Assembly (NCBI GenBank): GCA_045655145.1
Contig: JAZOOW010000138.1
Coordinates: 1-34,826 of the forward strand
Length of the DNA stretch: 34,826 nucleotides
From: Eubacteriales bacterium
GTDB taxonomy: Bacteria; Bacillota; Clostridia; Oscillospirales; CAG-272
Direction: 5' to 3'
Shown: in pieces, positions 9,183 to 17,176 of the stretch
Layout: each line of letters begins with the position of its first letter
Numbering within the stretch: the stretch's first letter is position 1
Made by a program: the position numbers and the translations under genes
The notes under the pieces: model-generated
What the model was told of the DNA's origin: nothing
Seen by the model: only the letters and a program-made list of their open reading frames with translations
Databases searched by the model: none

Positions 9183-10121
9183 TTAGAGTTTTTCGCAGAC
9201 TCTGAGCTTTGCGCTGCGGGAGCGCGGATTGTTTGCAAGCTCCTCCTCGCTCGGAAGGATGGGTTTGCGTGACAGAATATCAACCGTTTTACGCTTGCCA
9301 CACACGCAAACAGGGAAGTCGCGTGGGCATTCACAGCCGGCGGCCAGCTTGGCGTAAGCCTGCTTGACCAGACGATCCTCAAGAGAGTGGAAGGAGATCG
9401 TCGCAATGCGTCCACCTGCAACCAAATGGTAGGCGGCGGCCTCGATCATCGGTGTAATGGCATCCAGCTCGCGGTTGACCTCGATGCGGATCGCCTGAAA
9501 GGATCTTTTTGCAGGGTGTCCGCTGTCACGGGTGTCCTTGGGGATCGCTGTGCGGATCAACGCGACCAACTCGCCCGTGGTGCGGATCGGAGCCTCTGTG
9601 CGTGCTTTTACAATTCTTGCGGCAATGCGCGGAGCAAAGCGCTCCTCGCCGTACTCAAATAAAATACGGCGGAGCTCCTCCTCGCTGTAATGATTGACAA
9701 CGTAAGCGGCGTCGCGCGCGCTGGCGGTGTCCATGCGCATGTCGAGAGGGGCATCGTGCTGATAGGAAAAGCCGCGAGAGGGCGTATCGAACTGATAAGA
9801 GGAGCAACCAAGGTCGGCAAGCACGCCGCCGAGGTTTGTGATGTGTAGGTCGGCAAGGACATCTCCCAGCCGATCAAAGTTCTCATGAATAAAGGTAACG
9901 CGATCAAGGTAAGGGGAAAGGCGCTCACGTGCAGCCGCCAAGGCATCCTCGTCACGGTCAAAGCAGAGAAGACGGCCTGTGCCGGAAAGACGGGAGGCGA
10001 TCTCAAGGGAGTGTCCACCACCGCCTGTTGTGCAGTCTGCATAAGTAAGATCGGGGCGGATGTGTAAAGCATCGATGCACTCGTAAAGGAGTACAGATGT
10101 GTGCGAAAATCCGTGGCTCAT
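9183..10121 (-). CDS. rsmH: 16S rRNA (cytosine1402-N4)-methyltransferase
   Basis: HTSVLL, DCTTGGGGHS, DLGCSSYQFD, RGFSY, PLDMRMD, FQAIRIEVN, FHSLEDR and NPRSRSAKLR motifs. An alternative TTG start at 10130 overlaps the mraZ stop. Confidence 0.97.
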   Translation of the reverse strand: MSHGFSHTSVLLYECIDALHIRPDLTYADCTTGGGGHSLEIASRLSGTGRLLCFDRDEDALAAARERLSPYLDRVTFIHENFDRLGDVLADLHITNLGGVLADLGCSSYQFDTPSRGFSYQHDAPLDMRMDTASARDAAYVVNHYSEEELRRILFEYGEERFAPRIAARIVKARTEAPIRTTGELVALIRTAIPKDTRDSGHPAKRSFQAIRIEVNRELDAITPMIEAAAYHLVAGGRIATISFHSLEDRLVKQAYAKLAAGCECPRDFPVCVCGKRKTVDILSRKPILPSEEELANNPRSRSAKLRVCEKL

Positions 10122-10126
10122 GGCAA

Positions 10127-10552
10127 TCAAAGGCCGATCGTGGGGAACATCGCACGCAGCTTATCCATGTCGATGTTGTTGTTCTTTTCCGTCCAAACAG
10201 GCTCGGACCAGATCTGAACATGGTCACCAACACCGATGATCACCGCATTTTTTTCGATTCCTGCGTACTGCAAAAGCTCGGTGGGGATCACCACGCGTCC
10301 CTGTGAATCCGAGGAGGCACTGATCGTTTTGGAATAGAGGAATTGTTTGGCCATGCCGACGACCGAGTCGGGAAGAGAGTTCAGCTTATCGGACAGCTTA
10401 TCCCATTCCGCCTCGGAGTAGATGGCAAGACATTGCTCGGTCTTGCGCGTAATATAAAAGGAATCCCCAAGCAGCTCACGGTGCTTGGCAGGGATGAAAA
10501 TGCGGTTTTTGGCATCCAGTGTATGCCGATACTCGCCCACAAAGGTTTTCAT
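10127..10552 (-). CDS. mraZ: Division/cell wall cluster transcriptional repressor MraZ
   Basis: FVGEYRHTLDAKNRIFIPAK and DSQGRVVIP (twin DxxxR motifs), GVGDHVQIW; GAAAGGAG RBS. Confidence 0.96.
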   Translation of the reverse strand: MKTFVGEYRHTLDAKNRIFIPAKHRELLGDSFYITRKTEQCLAIYSEAEWDKLSDKLNSLPDSVVGMAKQFLYSKTISASSDSQGRVVIPTELLQYAGIEKNAVIIGVGDHVQIWSEPVWTEKNNNIDMDKLRAMFPTIGL

Positions 10553-10621
10553 GCACAGACTCCTTTCGTTGATGTCTTATCAAATTGCGGTGAAACTTGG
10601 GTGTTCAACACAGGGAAAACG

Positions 10622-10665
10622 CACCATTTTCCACCACTTCACAAACATTATACCCCTTTTGCCAC
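10622..10665 (-). promoter_or_regulatory. Putative MraZ operator repeats
   Basis: Minus-strand GTGGTG (10637-10632) and ATGGTG (10627-10622) are 10 bp apart just downstream of the -10; GTGGCA lies in the promoter spacer. Resembles the GTGG-type 10-bp-period MraZ repeats of Bacillota. Confidence 0.6.
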
Positions 10666-10675
10666 CGAAAATCAA
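10647..10675 (-). promoter_or_regulatory. sigmaA promoter of the mraZ/dcw operon
   Basis: TTGATT-17 nt-TATAAT on the minus strand. Confidence 0.8.
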
Positions 10676-10884
10676 GAGAAATTCCCATTTTTTTCAAAAA
10701 ATATTTCACAAAATTTCAAGTTGGGATTTGGCTAAAATGCACAAAAAGGCCGGAGGGGCGGTGCCAAAAAGGCAAAAAACGGTATCGAAAAACGAAATAA
10801 GGGAGAATGGTGGTGGTGGAGGGAGAGGTGCTTTTGCGAAAAAAGAAAGAAAAAAAGCAAAAGCTCTTTTCTTTTCTCAAAGTA

Positions 10885-10895
10885 TGTGCTATAAT
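10885..10895 (+). promoter_or_regulatory. Extended -10 promoter for the hypothetical-ispD-ispF unit
   Basis: TGTG-C-TATAAT with an A-rich upstream tract; the -35 is weak. Confidence 0.7.
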
Positions 10896-10986
10896 ACATC
10901 AGTAATGGCAAGCAAGGTGGGGTTTCCCGTTTTTTCTTGTGCAGAAAGTGTACGGAGAGCACCTTGGGTGTTTTTGAGAGGTGTGT

Positions 10987-11322
10987 ATGTCGCTTTTTAA
11001 GAAGATCTTCAAAAACAAGGATCCCAACAGCTCGTCAGCACGCGCAGAGCGTGCGCGGGAGCTTCACGGACAGGCGATCCGCTACGTCACCGAGCGACGG
11101 GACAATGTCGATGAGATCGTTGGTCGTGGGGGCTGTCTTTCGATGCGCAACGGCGAGTTTTTGCTGCTCACCTCGGGGGAGATTCTCTTTCGCACGGATG
11201 TAGAGGAGCTGCAGGCGAGTTATCTTCTTTCGGGGGACGGCGTTGTGATCGTTGGCCCGAACAAGGAGGAAGACGGCCGTGTGCGGACACTCATTGCCTA
11301 TTTTGTTTATTACAGGAAGTAA
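10987..11322 (+). CDS. Hypothetical protein (111 aa, beta-rich)
   Basis: GAGAGG RBS before ATG 10987, own promoter, stop 4 nt before ispD; no family recognised. Confidence 0.75.
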   Translation: MSLFKKIFKNKDPNSSSARAERARELHGQAIRYVTERRDNVDEIVGRGGCLSMRNGEFLLLTSGEILFRTDVEELQASYLLSGDGVVIVGPNKEEDGRVRTLIAYFVYYRK

Positions 11323-11326
11323 ATGC

Positions 11327-12094
11327 ATGAAGAAAACCTATCGGATATGTCGCATCATCCGTATGCTGGCACGCAAAAAGCGGCCGCGCACGGCAGCTAT
11401 TCTGCTGGCGGCGGGAGTCGGCAGTCGCATGCAAGCAAAGGACGGAAAAACAAAGCAGACCATGCTTCTGCGGGGGTTGCCCGTCGTTGTGCATGCCGCG
11501 CGTGCTTTTGACCGTTGCCCGTATATTGACGATATCATTCTCGTTTGCCGCCGCGAGGAATGTGCTATGATGACCTTGTGGATGGAGGAGCACGGGATCA
11601 AAAAATTCCGTCGCGCCGTGGTGGGCGGAAGTACCCGTCAGCTCTCGGCCATTGCAGGCTTTGAGGCGATCGACGGAGAGTGTACGCGCTTTGTTGCCAT
11701 CCATGACGCGGCGCGTTGTCTCGTCACACCCGATATGATCGCGGATGTGGTGGCCACTGCGTATGCAGACCGCGCTGCCGCCGCGGCTACTCGCGTACAC
11801 GATACGGTTAAGCGTGCAACCGCCTCCGGTTATGTACAGGAAACGGTGGATCGCCGCGATCTGTGGTTGGCGGAAACACCGCAGGTCTTTTCGGCAGAGC
11901 TTTACCGCGCCGCAGCCTATACGGCCGCGCAGGCAGGCTTTGCTGCGACCGATGACATGATGCTCTGTGAGCGTATCGGTCAAACAGTGCACCTGATCGA
12001 CTGCGGTGAGGAGAACTTTAAGATCACCACGCCGTCCGATCTCGAGCGGGCGGAATGGATCCTGTCCCGTCGGGAAGAAAAGGAGGGCTCTTGA
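11327..12094 (+). CDS. ispD: 2-C-methyl-D-erythritol 4-phosphate cytidylyltransferase
   Basis: [33 protein letters not shown] and [10 protein letters not shown] motifs; start at ATG 11327 is uncertain. Confidence 0.93.
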   Translation: MKKTYRICRIIRMLARKKRPRTAAILLAAGVGSRMQAKDGKTKQTMLLRGLPVVVHAARAFDRCPYIDDIILVCRREECAMMTLWMEEHGIKKFRRAVVGGSTRQLSAIAGFEAIDGECTRFVAIHDAARCLVTPDMIADVVATAYADRAAAAATRVHDTVKRATASGYVQETVDRRDLWLAETPQVFSAELYRAAAYTAAQAGFAATDDMMLCERIGQTVHLIDCGEENFKITTPSDLERAEWILSRREEKEGS

Positions 12095-12576
12095 TGGATA
12101 TGCGTATCGGACACGGCTATGACGTGCACCGCTTGGTTTCGGATCGCCCTTTGATCCTTGGCGGTGTTACGATCCCTTACGAGCAGGGGCTTCTCGGCCA
12201 TTCGGATGCGGATGTTCTTCTCCATGCGATTATGGATGCCATTCTCGGTGCCATGGCGCTTGGGGATATCGGCCACCATTTTCCCGATAAGGATCCCCGT
12301 TACAGCGGCATCTCCAGTATGAAGCTTGCCGCGGAGGTGTTCGCCATCATGCAAAAAAACGGGTACATGCTCGGCAATCTGGATGCTACCCTGATCGCGC
12401 AGCGTCCGCGCATTGCTCCGCATATTGAGGATATGCGCAAAAATATAGCCGCGGTCTTCGGTGCGCCGCTTGCCGTTGTCAATGTCAAGGCAACCACGGA
12501 GGAGGGGCTTGGCTTTACGGGTGAAGGCGAAGGCATGGCAGCACATGCCGTTTGCCTTTTGCGCTCTGATCGGTAA
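12094..12576 (+). CDS. ispF: 2-C-methyl-D-erythritol 2,4-cyclodiphosphate synthase
   Basis: [26 protein letters not shown] and [14 protein letters not shown] motifs; TGATG overlap with ispD; AGGAGG RBS. Confidence 0.97.
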   Translation: MDMRIGHGYDVHRLVSDRPLILGGVTIPYEQGLLGHSDADVLLHAIMDAILGAMALGDIGHHFPDKDPRYSGISSMKLAAEVFAIMQKNGYMLGNLDATLIAQRPRIAPHIEDMRKNIAAVFGAPLAVVNVKATTEEGLGFTGEGEGMAAHAVCLLRSDR

Positions 12577-12580
12577 CATG

Positions 12581-12610
12581 ATAAAGGGATCGCGGCAATA
12601 CCGCGATCCC
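12581..12610. terminator. Perfect 10-bp hairpin after ispF
   Basis: GGGATCGCGG-CAATA-CCGCGATCCC at 12586-12610; a short U-tract (TTTAT) follows only on the minus strand. Confidence 0.55.
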
Positions 12611-12809
12611 CACGCATCCGCGCCGCCGTATCCATAGGCACATCGTTTCTTTTGTCGTCTTTCGGCGGCCGGTATACGGAATAAACGCCCCTCATTTATC
12701 ATATGGAAAAACAGGAAAAAGGGTACCCTTACGTATCCCCTGCATTTGTATAACAAACGAATGCCGATGCGAAGCCGCGCGGCGATCGTTTTCAGAAAGG
12801 AAGGTTATT

Positions 12810-13454
12810 ATGGTTAAAATCTCTCCCTCGGTCCTCTCCTGCGATTTTTCTCGCATGGCAGAGGAGTTTGCAGACATTCAGGCGGCCGGTGCGGAATACG
12901 CACATCTTGACGTCATGGACGGTGTTTTTGTGCCGAACATGAGCTTTGGCTTTCCCGTCATTGCGTCCATGCGCGGCAAGAGCGACCTTGTGTTTGACGT
13001 ACATTTAATGATCACGAAGCCCGAGCGCTACGTTGACCGCTTTCTCGCCGCAGGTGCCGATATCGTCACCATCCACGTAGAGAGCTGTGATTGCGTGGAG
13101 GAAACGCTGGGAAAGATCCGCGCGGCAGGTAAGCGCGCCGCCGTTTGCGTGAATGCGCGCACGCCTGTTGAGGAGGCTTATCCCTATCTTTCTCTTTGCG
13201 ATATGGTGCTCGTTATGACGGTGGAGGCCGGATACGGCGGTCAGTCGCTCATTCCCGCAACGTTGGATAAGGTGCGTGCGCTTTGCAAGGAGAGAGAGGC
13301 AAGAGGCCTTTCCTTTGAAATCGAGGTGGACGGCGGTATCAACGAAAAAACGGCTCCCGAGGCTATCGCCGCAGGTGCGGATGTACTGGTTGCCGGCTCG
13401 GCGGTCTTTGGTGCGCAGGATCGCGCCGCCGCTGTGCGTGCGTTGCGCGGCTAA
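12810..13454 (+). CDS. rpe: Ribulose-phosphate 3-epimerase
   Basis: ISPSVLS, HLDVMDGVFVPN, DVHLM, MTVEAGYGGQ, EVDGGIN and VAGSAVF motifs; GAAAGGAAGG RBS. Confidence 0.97.
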   Translation: MVKISPSVLSCDFSRMAEEFADIQAAGAEYAHLDVMDGVFVPNMSFGFPVIASMRGKSDLVFDVHLMITKPERYVDRFLAAGADIVTIHVESCDCVEETLGKIRAAGKRAAVCVNARTPVEEAYPYLSLCDMVLVMTVEAGYGGQSLIPATLDKVRALCKEREARGLSFEIEVDGGINEKTAPEAIAAGADVLVAGSAVFGAQDRAAAVRALRG

Positions 13455-13463
13455 TAGAATGAA

Positions 13464-13504
13464 AGAAAGAAGCCCTGTTGCCATTGGCAACAGGGCTTCT
13501 TTCT
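13464..13504. terminator. Bidirectional terminator between convergent rpe and the histidine kinase gene
   Basis: Perfect 20-nt inverted repeat AGAAAGAAGCCCTGTTGCCA-T-TGGCAACAGGGCTTCTTTCT. Confidence 0.9.
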
Positions 13505-13522
13505 GCTTGTGGATTTTCTCTG

Positions 13523-14968
13523 TCAGCCCCCACGCTTGAGCGTAAAGGTGAAGGCACAGTATTTGCCCTCCTCGCTTTCTGCACGGATGCTTTCGTTTTG
13601 GGCTACGAGCATGGTTTTGACGATATAAAGGCCAAGACCAACGCCGATCTTGTCAAGACCGCGGCTCTTGTCGGTCTTATAGAAGCGGTCGAAGATATAG
13701 GGAAGATCCTCCTCGGAGATGCCCTTGCCCTCATTGTACACGCAAATCTGGAATTTTTCATGCTTTTCTGCACGGATGCTGATGCGCAAAAGACCGCCCT
13801 CGCTTGAGAATTTTATGGCGTTTTCGCAAAGGTTGTAAAGCACTTGGTGGATCGCATCGCGGTCGGCGTGTGCGATCATACGGTCGTCGTCTGCGTCGAA
13901 TTCTATCTGCAACCGTTTTTCGTCGATGCGGCTCTCAAAGGAGATGAGGATCAGGCGTGCCACCTCACAGATATCAAAGTCCGTCGGGTGGAATTTCTGC
14001 ATGCCGGCTTCCATGCGTGAAATATCAAGGATCTGTGAAACAAGACGGGAGAGACGATGGATCTCGCCGGATACGATGGAAAGATAGTAGGATTGCCGTT
14101 CCGGGGGGATAGCACCGCTCAGAATGCTGTCGATATAGCCCGCGATGGTCGTCATGGGGGTGCGCAGATCGTGGGATACATTGGCAAGGAAGGTCGAGCG
14201 CACGGTTTCCGATTGCGCGAGAGATTCTGCCATCTGGTTAAAGGTTGCGGCAAATTCGGCGATCTCGTCCGAGCCGACCACCTGAATACGTGTGTTAAAG
14301 TTCCCCTTGGCGAATTCCTTGGTTGCCTGGCTCATCTGTCGCAGAGGGGTGATCATGCGCTCTGTAATAAAGTAAACGGCGATCATGACCGCCAGCATGA
14401 TCCAAAGATTGGCCAACATAATACTGCGGGTCAGCAGCTGCATCAGCGCGTCTGCTCCCGTGTTTGAGGAGCAGGCAAATACGGCACCGATCGTGTTGTT
14501 CTGCACGCGGATTGCGGTGGCGTTTATCAAGAACGGGCGGGGAAGTGTGCGATCAAGATGGGTTTGCTCAGAGTAACTTCCGTGCGTTGTGGCTTCTGTA
14601 ATAAAGTAGAGGGGCATTTTTTCAATGCCGGTGAAGGCGTAGCCCTTTTCGTTTTTGTAAATGATGCTGCCCTCTGCGTCTGTGATCAGGAACGTGGTGT
14701 CCTCTGCGTGGGGGGAGAGCGTTGCAAACAGGTGGCGCAGCATCGTGGTTTGCGAGGCGGTAAAGGAGGTGAGCGTGGAAACGGATGACTCACGGCATTC
14801 TACCTCGATCATGCGCGCGGCAATCTGAGATACGAGTGCCATATCCTGCTCCTTGACATCCTTGGCATAATCGTCGATGCTGACCGTTACGATCGAGGAC
14901 AGCATGAGAAAGCTGACCAGAATGATCACGCCGAAGGCTGCCATAAAACGGACGAAAATGCTTTTCAT
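13523..14968 (-). CDS. Membrane sensor histidine kinase (2 TM, extracellular sensor, HAMP, HisKA, HATPase_c)
   Basis: HAMP PLRQM...DEIAEFAATFNQMA; H-box FLANVSHDLRTPMT; N-box NLCENAIKF; F-box IFDRFYK; G2 GVGLGL. Start ATG 14968 with GAGGTGG RBS. Confidence 0.93.
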   Translation of the reverse strand: MKSIFVRFMAAFGVIILVSFLMLSSIVTVSIDDYAKDVKEQDMALVSQIAARMIEVECRESSVSTLTSFTASQTTMLRHLFATLSPHAEDTTFLITDAEGSIIYKNEKGYAFTGIEKMPLYFITEATTHGSYSEQTHLDRTLPRPFLINATAIRVQNNTIGAVFACSSNTGADALMQLLTRSIMLANLWIMLAVMIAVYFITERMITPLRQMSQATKEFAKGNFNTRIQVVGSDEIAEFAATFNQMAESLAQSETVRSTFLANVSHDLRTPMTTIAGYIDSILSGAIPPERQSYYLSIVSGEIHRLSRLVSQILDISRMEAGMQKFHPTDFDICEVARLILISFESRIDEKRLQIEFDADDDRMIAHADRDAIHQVLYNLCENAIKFSSEGGLLRISIRAEKHEKFQICVYNEGKGISEEDLPYIFDRFYKTDKSRGLDKIGVGLGLYIVKTMLVAQNESIRAESEEGKYCAFTFTLKRGG

Positions 14969-14993
14969 GCAACCACCTCGCTTTCTGAATTCC

Positions 14994-15002
14994 AGTATAT
15001 CA
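14994..15002 (-). promoter_or_regulatory. Second, extended -10 promoter (P2) for the kinase
   Basis: TG-A-TATACT on the minus strand with no canonical -35. Confidence 0.45.
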
Positions 15003-15017
15003 CGAAACTGTAACATA

Positions 15018-15046
15018 ATTATAACTTTTTTTTACGAGCCTGTCAA
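15018..15046 (-). promoter_or_regulatory. Consensus sigmaA promoter (P1) for the kinase
   Basis: Perfect TTGACA-17 nt-TATAAT on the minus strand. Confidence 0.85.
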
Positions 15047-15074
15047 CAATTTGTTCCCAAAATGTAAAATGCGG

Positions 15075-15103
15075 TTGACGAAAGGAGAAAGATGTGTTAC
15101 AAT
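15075..15103 (+). promoter_or_regulatory. sigmaA promoter for gltX
   Basis: TTGACG-17 nt-TACAAT with a TGTG extended -10. Confidence 0.85.
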
Positions 15104-15150
15104 AAAAGTGTCTCCCACGGGAGAAAACTGTGAAAGAGAAGGTTTGTGAC

Positions 15151-16608
15151 GTGAGCGAAAAAACTGTAGTAACCCGTTTTGCGCCCAGCCCGACGGGATA
15201 TATGCATATCGGCAATCTCCGTACGGCGCTGTATTCATATTTGATCGCACGCCATCATGGCGGCCGCTTTATTCTGCGTATCGAGGACACGGACAGAGAG
15301 CGCCTTGTCGAGGGCGCGACCGATGTGATCCTGCGCACTCTCGCTGTGACGGGCATCACCTATGATGAAGGCCCTCTGGTAGGCGGTGGTCACGGCCCGT
15401 ATATCCAGAGTGAGCGTAAGCCGATCTATATGCAGTACGCGAAGCAGCTGGTGGAGGCGGGGGCGGCCTATTACTGCTTCTGCACCAAGGAGCGTCTTGA
15501 GCAGCTTCATGAGGAGGATGCGACGGGCGGCTATGACCGCCACTGCCGCGATCTTTCTCCCGAAGAAATCGAAAAGAATCTTCGTGACGGTATTCCCTTT
15601 GTTATACGGCAAAAGATGCCGCTTTCGGGTCACACCACCTATACGGATGCGGTTTTTGGCGAGATCGGAACGGACAATGCCGAGCTGCAGGATCAGATCC
15701 TGATCAAGGCAGGCGGCTACCCGACCTACAACTTCGCGCACGTGGTGGATGATTACCTGATGGGGGTTACGCATGTGGTGCGCGGAAGCGAATATCTCAC
15801 CTCCACGCCCAAATACGCTTTGCTTTACGATGCCTTCGGATGGGAGCGGCCTACCTATGTACATCTTCCGCTCCTGATGGGTAAGAATGCAGACGGTACG
15901 GTGTCCAAGCTTTCCAAGCGACATGGTGCGGTCAGCTTTGAGGATCTGGTGCGTGACGGCTTTTTGCCTGAGGCCATTATCAATTATATTGCGCTTCTGG
16001 GGTGGTGCCCCAAGGGTGACATTGCGGAGGAGGAGTTCTTTAGTCTCTCTGCTCTTGAGAAAAGCTTCTCTGTGGCGGGTGTCAACAAATCTCCTTCCGT
16101 GTTTGACTTTGATAAGCTTTTGTGGTTCAACGGGGAGTATATCAAAAAGCTGGATTTTGCAGATTTTGCTGAAAAAGCAAGCAGCTTTATCACAGAGCCG
16201 CTTCCTGCCAATGTTGATGCAGAGGCTGTTCTTCGCTTGATGCAGGGGCGTATCGGGAAGTTCAGCGAGATCAACGAGAAGGTCGCCTTTTTCCGTGCCT
16301 TGCCCTCGTATGAGGTTGTGTTGTTTGAAAACAAGAAGAACAAGGTGACGGTCGATGTCGCGAAGCGCGTGCTTACAGCTGCGGTCCCGGTGCTTTCTGC
16401 GCTTGCGGAGTGGACGAACGACGCGCTGTATGCCGCCCTGCTCGGGCTTGCCGAAGAGCTTGGCTGTAAGAGCGGAGCTGTCATGTGGTGTCTGCGCATT
16501 GCCGCCTCCGGTATGGCTGTTACACCTGGCGGTGCCACCGAGATCATGGCTGCTATCGGTAGGGAAGAGAGTCTTGCCCGCGTGCAGGCGGCCGTTGGGA
16601 GGCTGTAA
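15151..16608 (+). CDS. gltX: Glutamate--tRNA ligase
   Basis: RFAPSPTG, HIGN, RIEDTD, Zn-type CFC...YDRHC, THVVRG and KLSKR motifs; GTG 15151 with AGAAGGT RBS. Confidence 0.97.
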   Translation: MSEKTVVTRFAPSPTGYMHIGNLRTALYSYLIARHHGGRFILRIEDTDRERLVEGATDVILRTLAVTGITYDEGPLVGGGHGPYIQSERKPIYMQYAKQLVEAGAAYYCFCTKERLEQLHEEDATGGYDRHCRDLSPEEIEKNLRDGIPFVIRQKMPLSGHTTYTDAVFGEIGTDNAELQDQILIKAGGYPTYNFAHVVDDYLMGVTHVVRGSEYLTSTPKYALLYDAFGWERPTYVHLPLLMGKNADGTVSKLSKRHGAVSFEDLVRDGFLPEAIINYIALLGWCPKGDIAEEEFFSLSALEKSFSVAGVNKSPSVFDFDKLLWFNGEYIKKLDFADFAEKASSFITEPLPANVDAEAVLRLMQGRIGKFSEINEKVAFFRALPSYEVVLFENKKNKVTVDVAKRVLTAAVPVLSALAEWTNDALYAALLGLAEELGCKSGAVMWCLRIAASGMAVTPGGATEIMAAIGREESLARVQAAVGRL

Positions 16609-16671
16609 ACGATCGCACTTTTTGCCCGATTCTTGCGCATGGAATCATGGTGGGGATGGGAACGAAAAAAT

Positions 16672-16712
16672 AGCAAGAAAACGGAGTTGGGTGTCAACTC
16701 CGTTTTCTTGCT
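16672..16712 (+). terminator. Intrinsic terminator after gltX
   Basis: 18-nt perfect inverted repeat AGCAAGAAAACGGAGTTG-GGTGT-CAACTCCGTTTTCTTGCT. Confidence 0.9.
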
Positions 16713-16861
16713 TGTCTGAGAAGAGAAAATGGCTGCAAAGTGGCAAACCCCTGATGACGGGAGGAAGAAAGCGTGGCAAGCTAAAAAAGGGAAAACAGCA
16801 GACCGGAAAGGCTCCAAAATGGCCATTGTGCAACATGACGAAACGTAGAAAAAACAGCGTG

Positions 16862-16886
16862 TTTTTTGTGCAATATGCACAAAAAA
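16862..16886. promoter_or_regulatory. Palindromic operator candidate
   Basis: TTTTTTGTGCA-ATA-TGCACAAAAAA, with a degenerate copy at 16826-16842. Confidence 0.5.
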
Positions 16887-16995
16887 ACAGGGAAAACCTA
16901 ATTTTTCCAAAATTGAGAATACAACCGTAAATTAGTAAATTTAATTTACAGTTACAAAAAACAATTGAAAAAACGCAGTTTTATTTGATAAAATT

Positions 16996-17012
16996 TGTAA
17001 TTTTTAATTACA
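16996..17012. promoter_or_regulatory. Palindromic operator candidate TGTAA-N7-TTACA
   Basis: TGTAATTTTTAATTACA, with a near copy AGTAAATTTAATTTACA at 16934-16950. Confidence 0.4.
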
Positions 17013-17147
17013 TATGCCGATTTTGAAATGTAAACGGAATGTGACCTTTTTGGAATTTCGAGTCTTGAAGCTCCCTTTTGGCAGTTTTTGGAGGGTGAAA
17101 AACGCGGTTTTGCGCGATGTTATAAGGGTTTTCTTGTCATTTTTTTC

Positions 17148-17176
17148 TTGACTTTTTGCTACGCATGTGTTAAAAT
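17148..17176 (+). promoter_or_regulatory. sigmaA promoter for the seven-gene uptake operon
   Basis: TTGACT-17 nt-TAAAAT with a TGTG extended -10; implies a ~150 nt 5' leader. Confidence 0.8.

Noticed and set aside
10694-10711. Rex-like half site TTGTGAA (minus strand) upstream of the mraZ promoter
   Set aside because: The second half-site does not match
11980-12756. Minus-strand ORFs of 258 aa and 131 aa crossing ispF and the intergenic element
   Set aside because: Mostly antisense to ispF, no convincing RBS, and they run through the terminator-like hairpin
15104-15150. Possible T-box leader for gltX
   Set aside because: The leader is only ~40 nt with one small hairpin (TCTCCC-AC-GGGAGA) and no T-box motif
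16355-16930. 191 aa plus-strand and 308 aa minus-strand ORFs over the gltX 3' end and spacer
   Set aside because: They span a strong terminator and A/T tracts, giving low-complexity K/R- or F/S-rich translations
17029-17042. cre/LacI-like TGTAAACGGAATGT
   Set aside because: The right half deviates from TGWAANCGNTNWCA; not supportable
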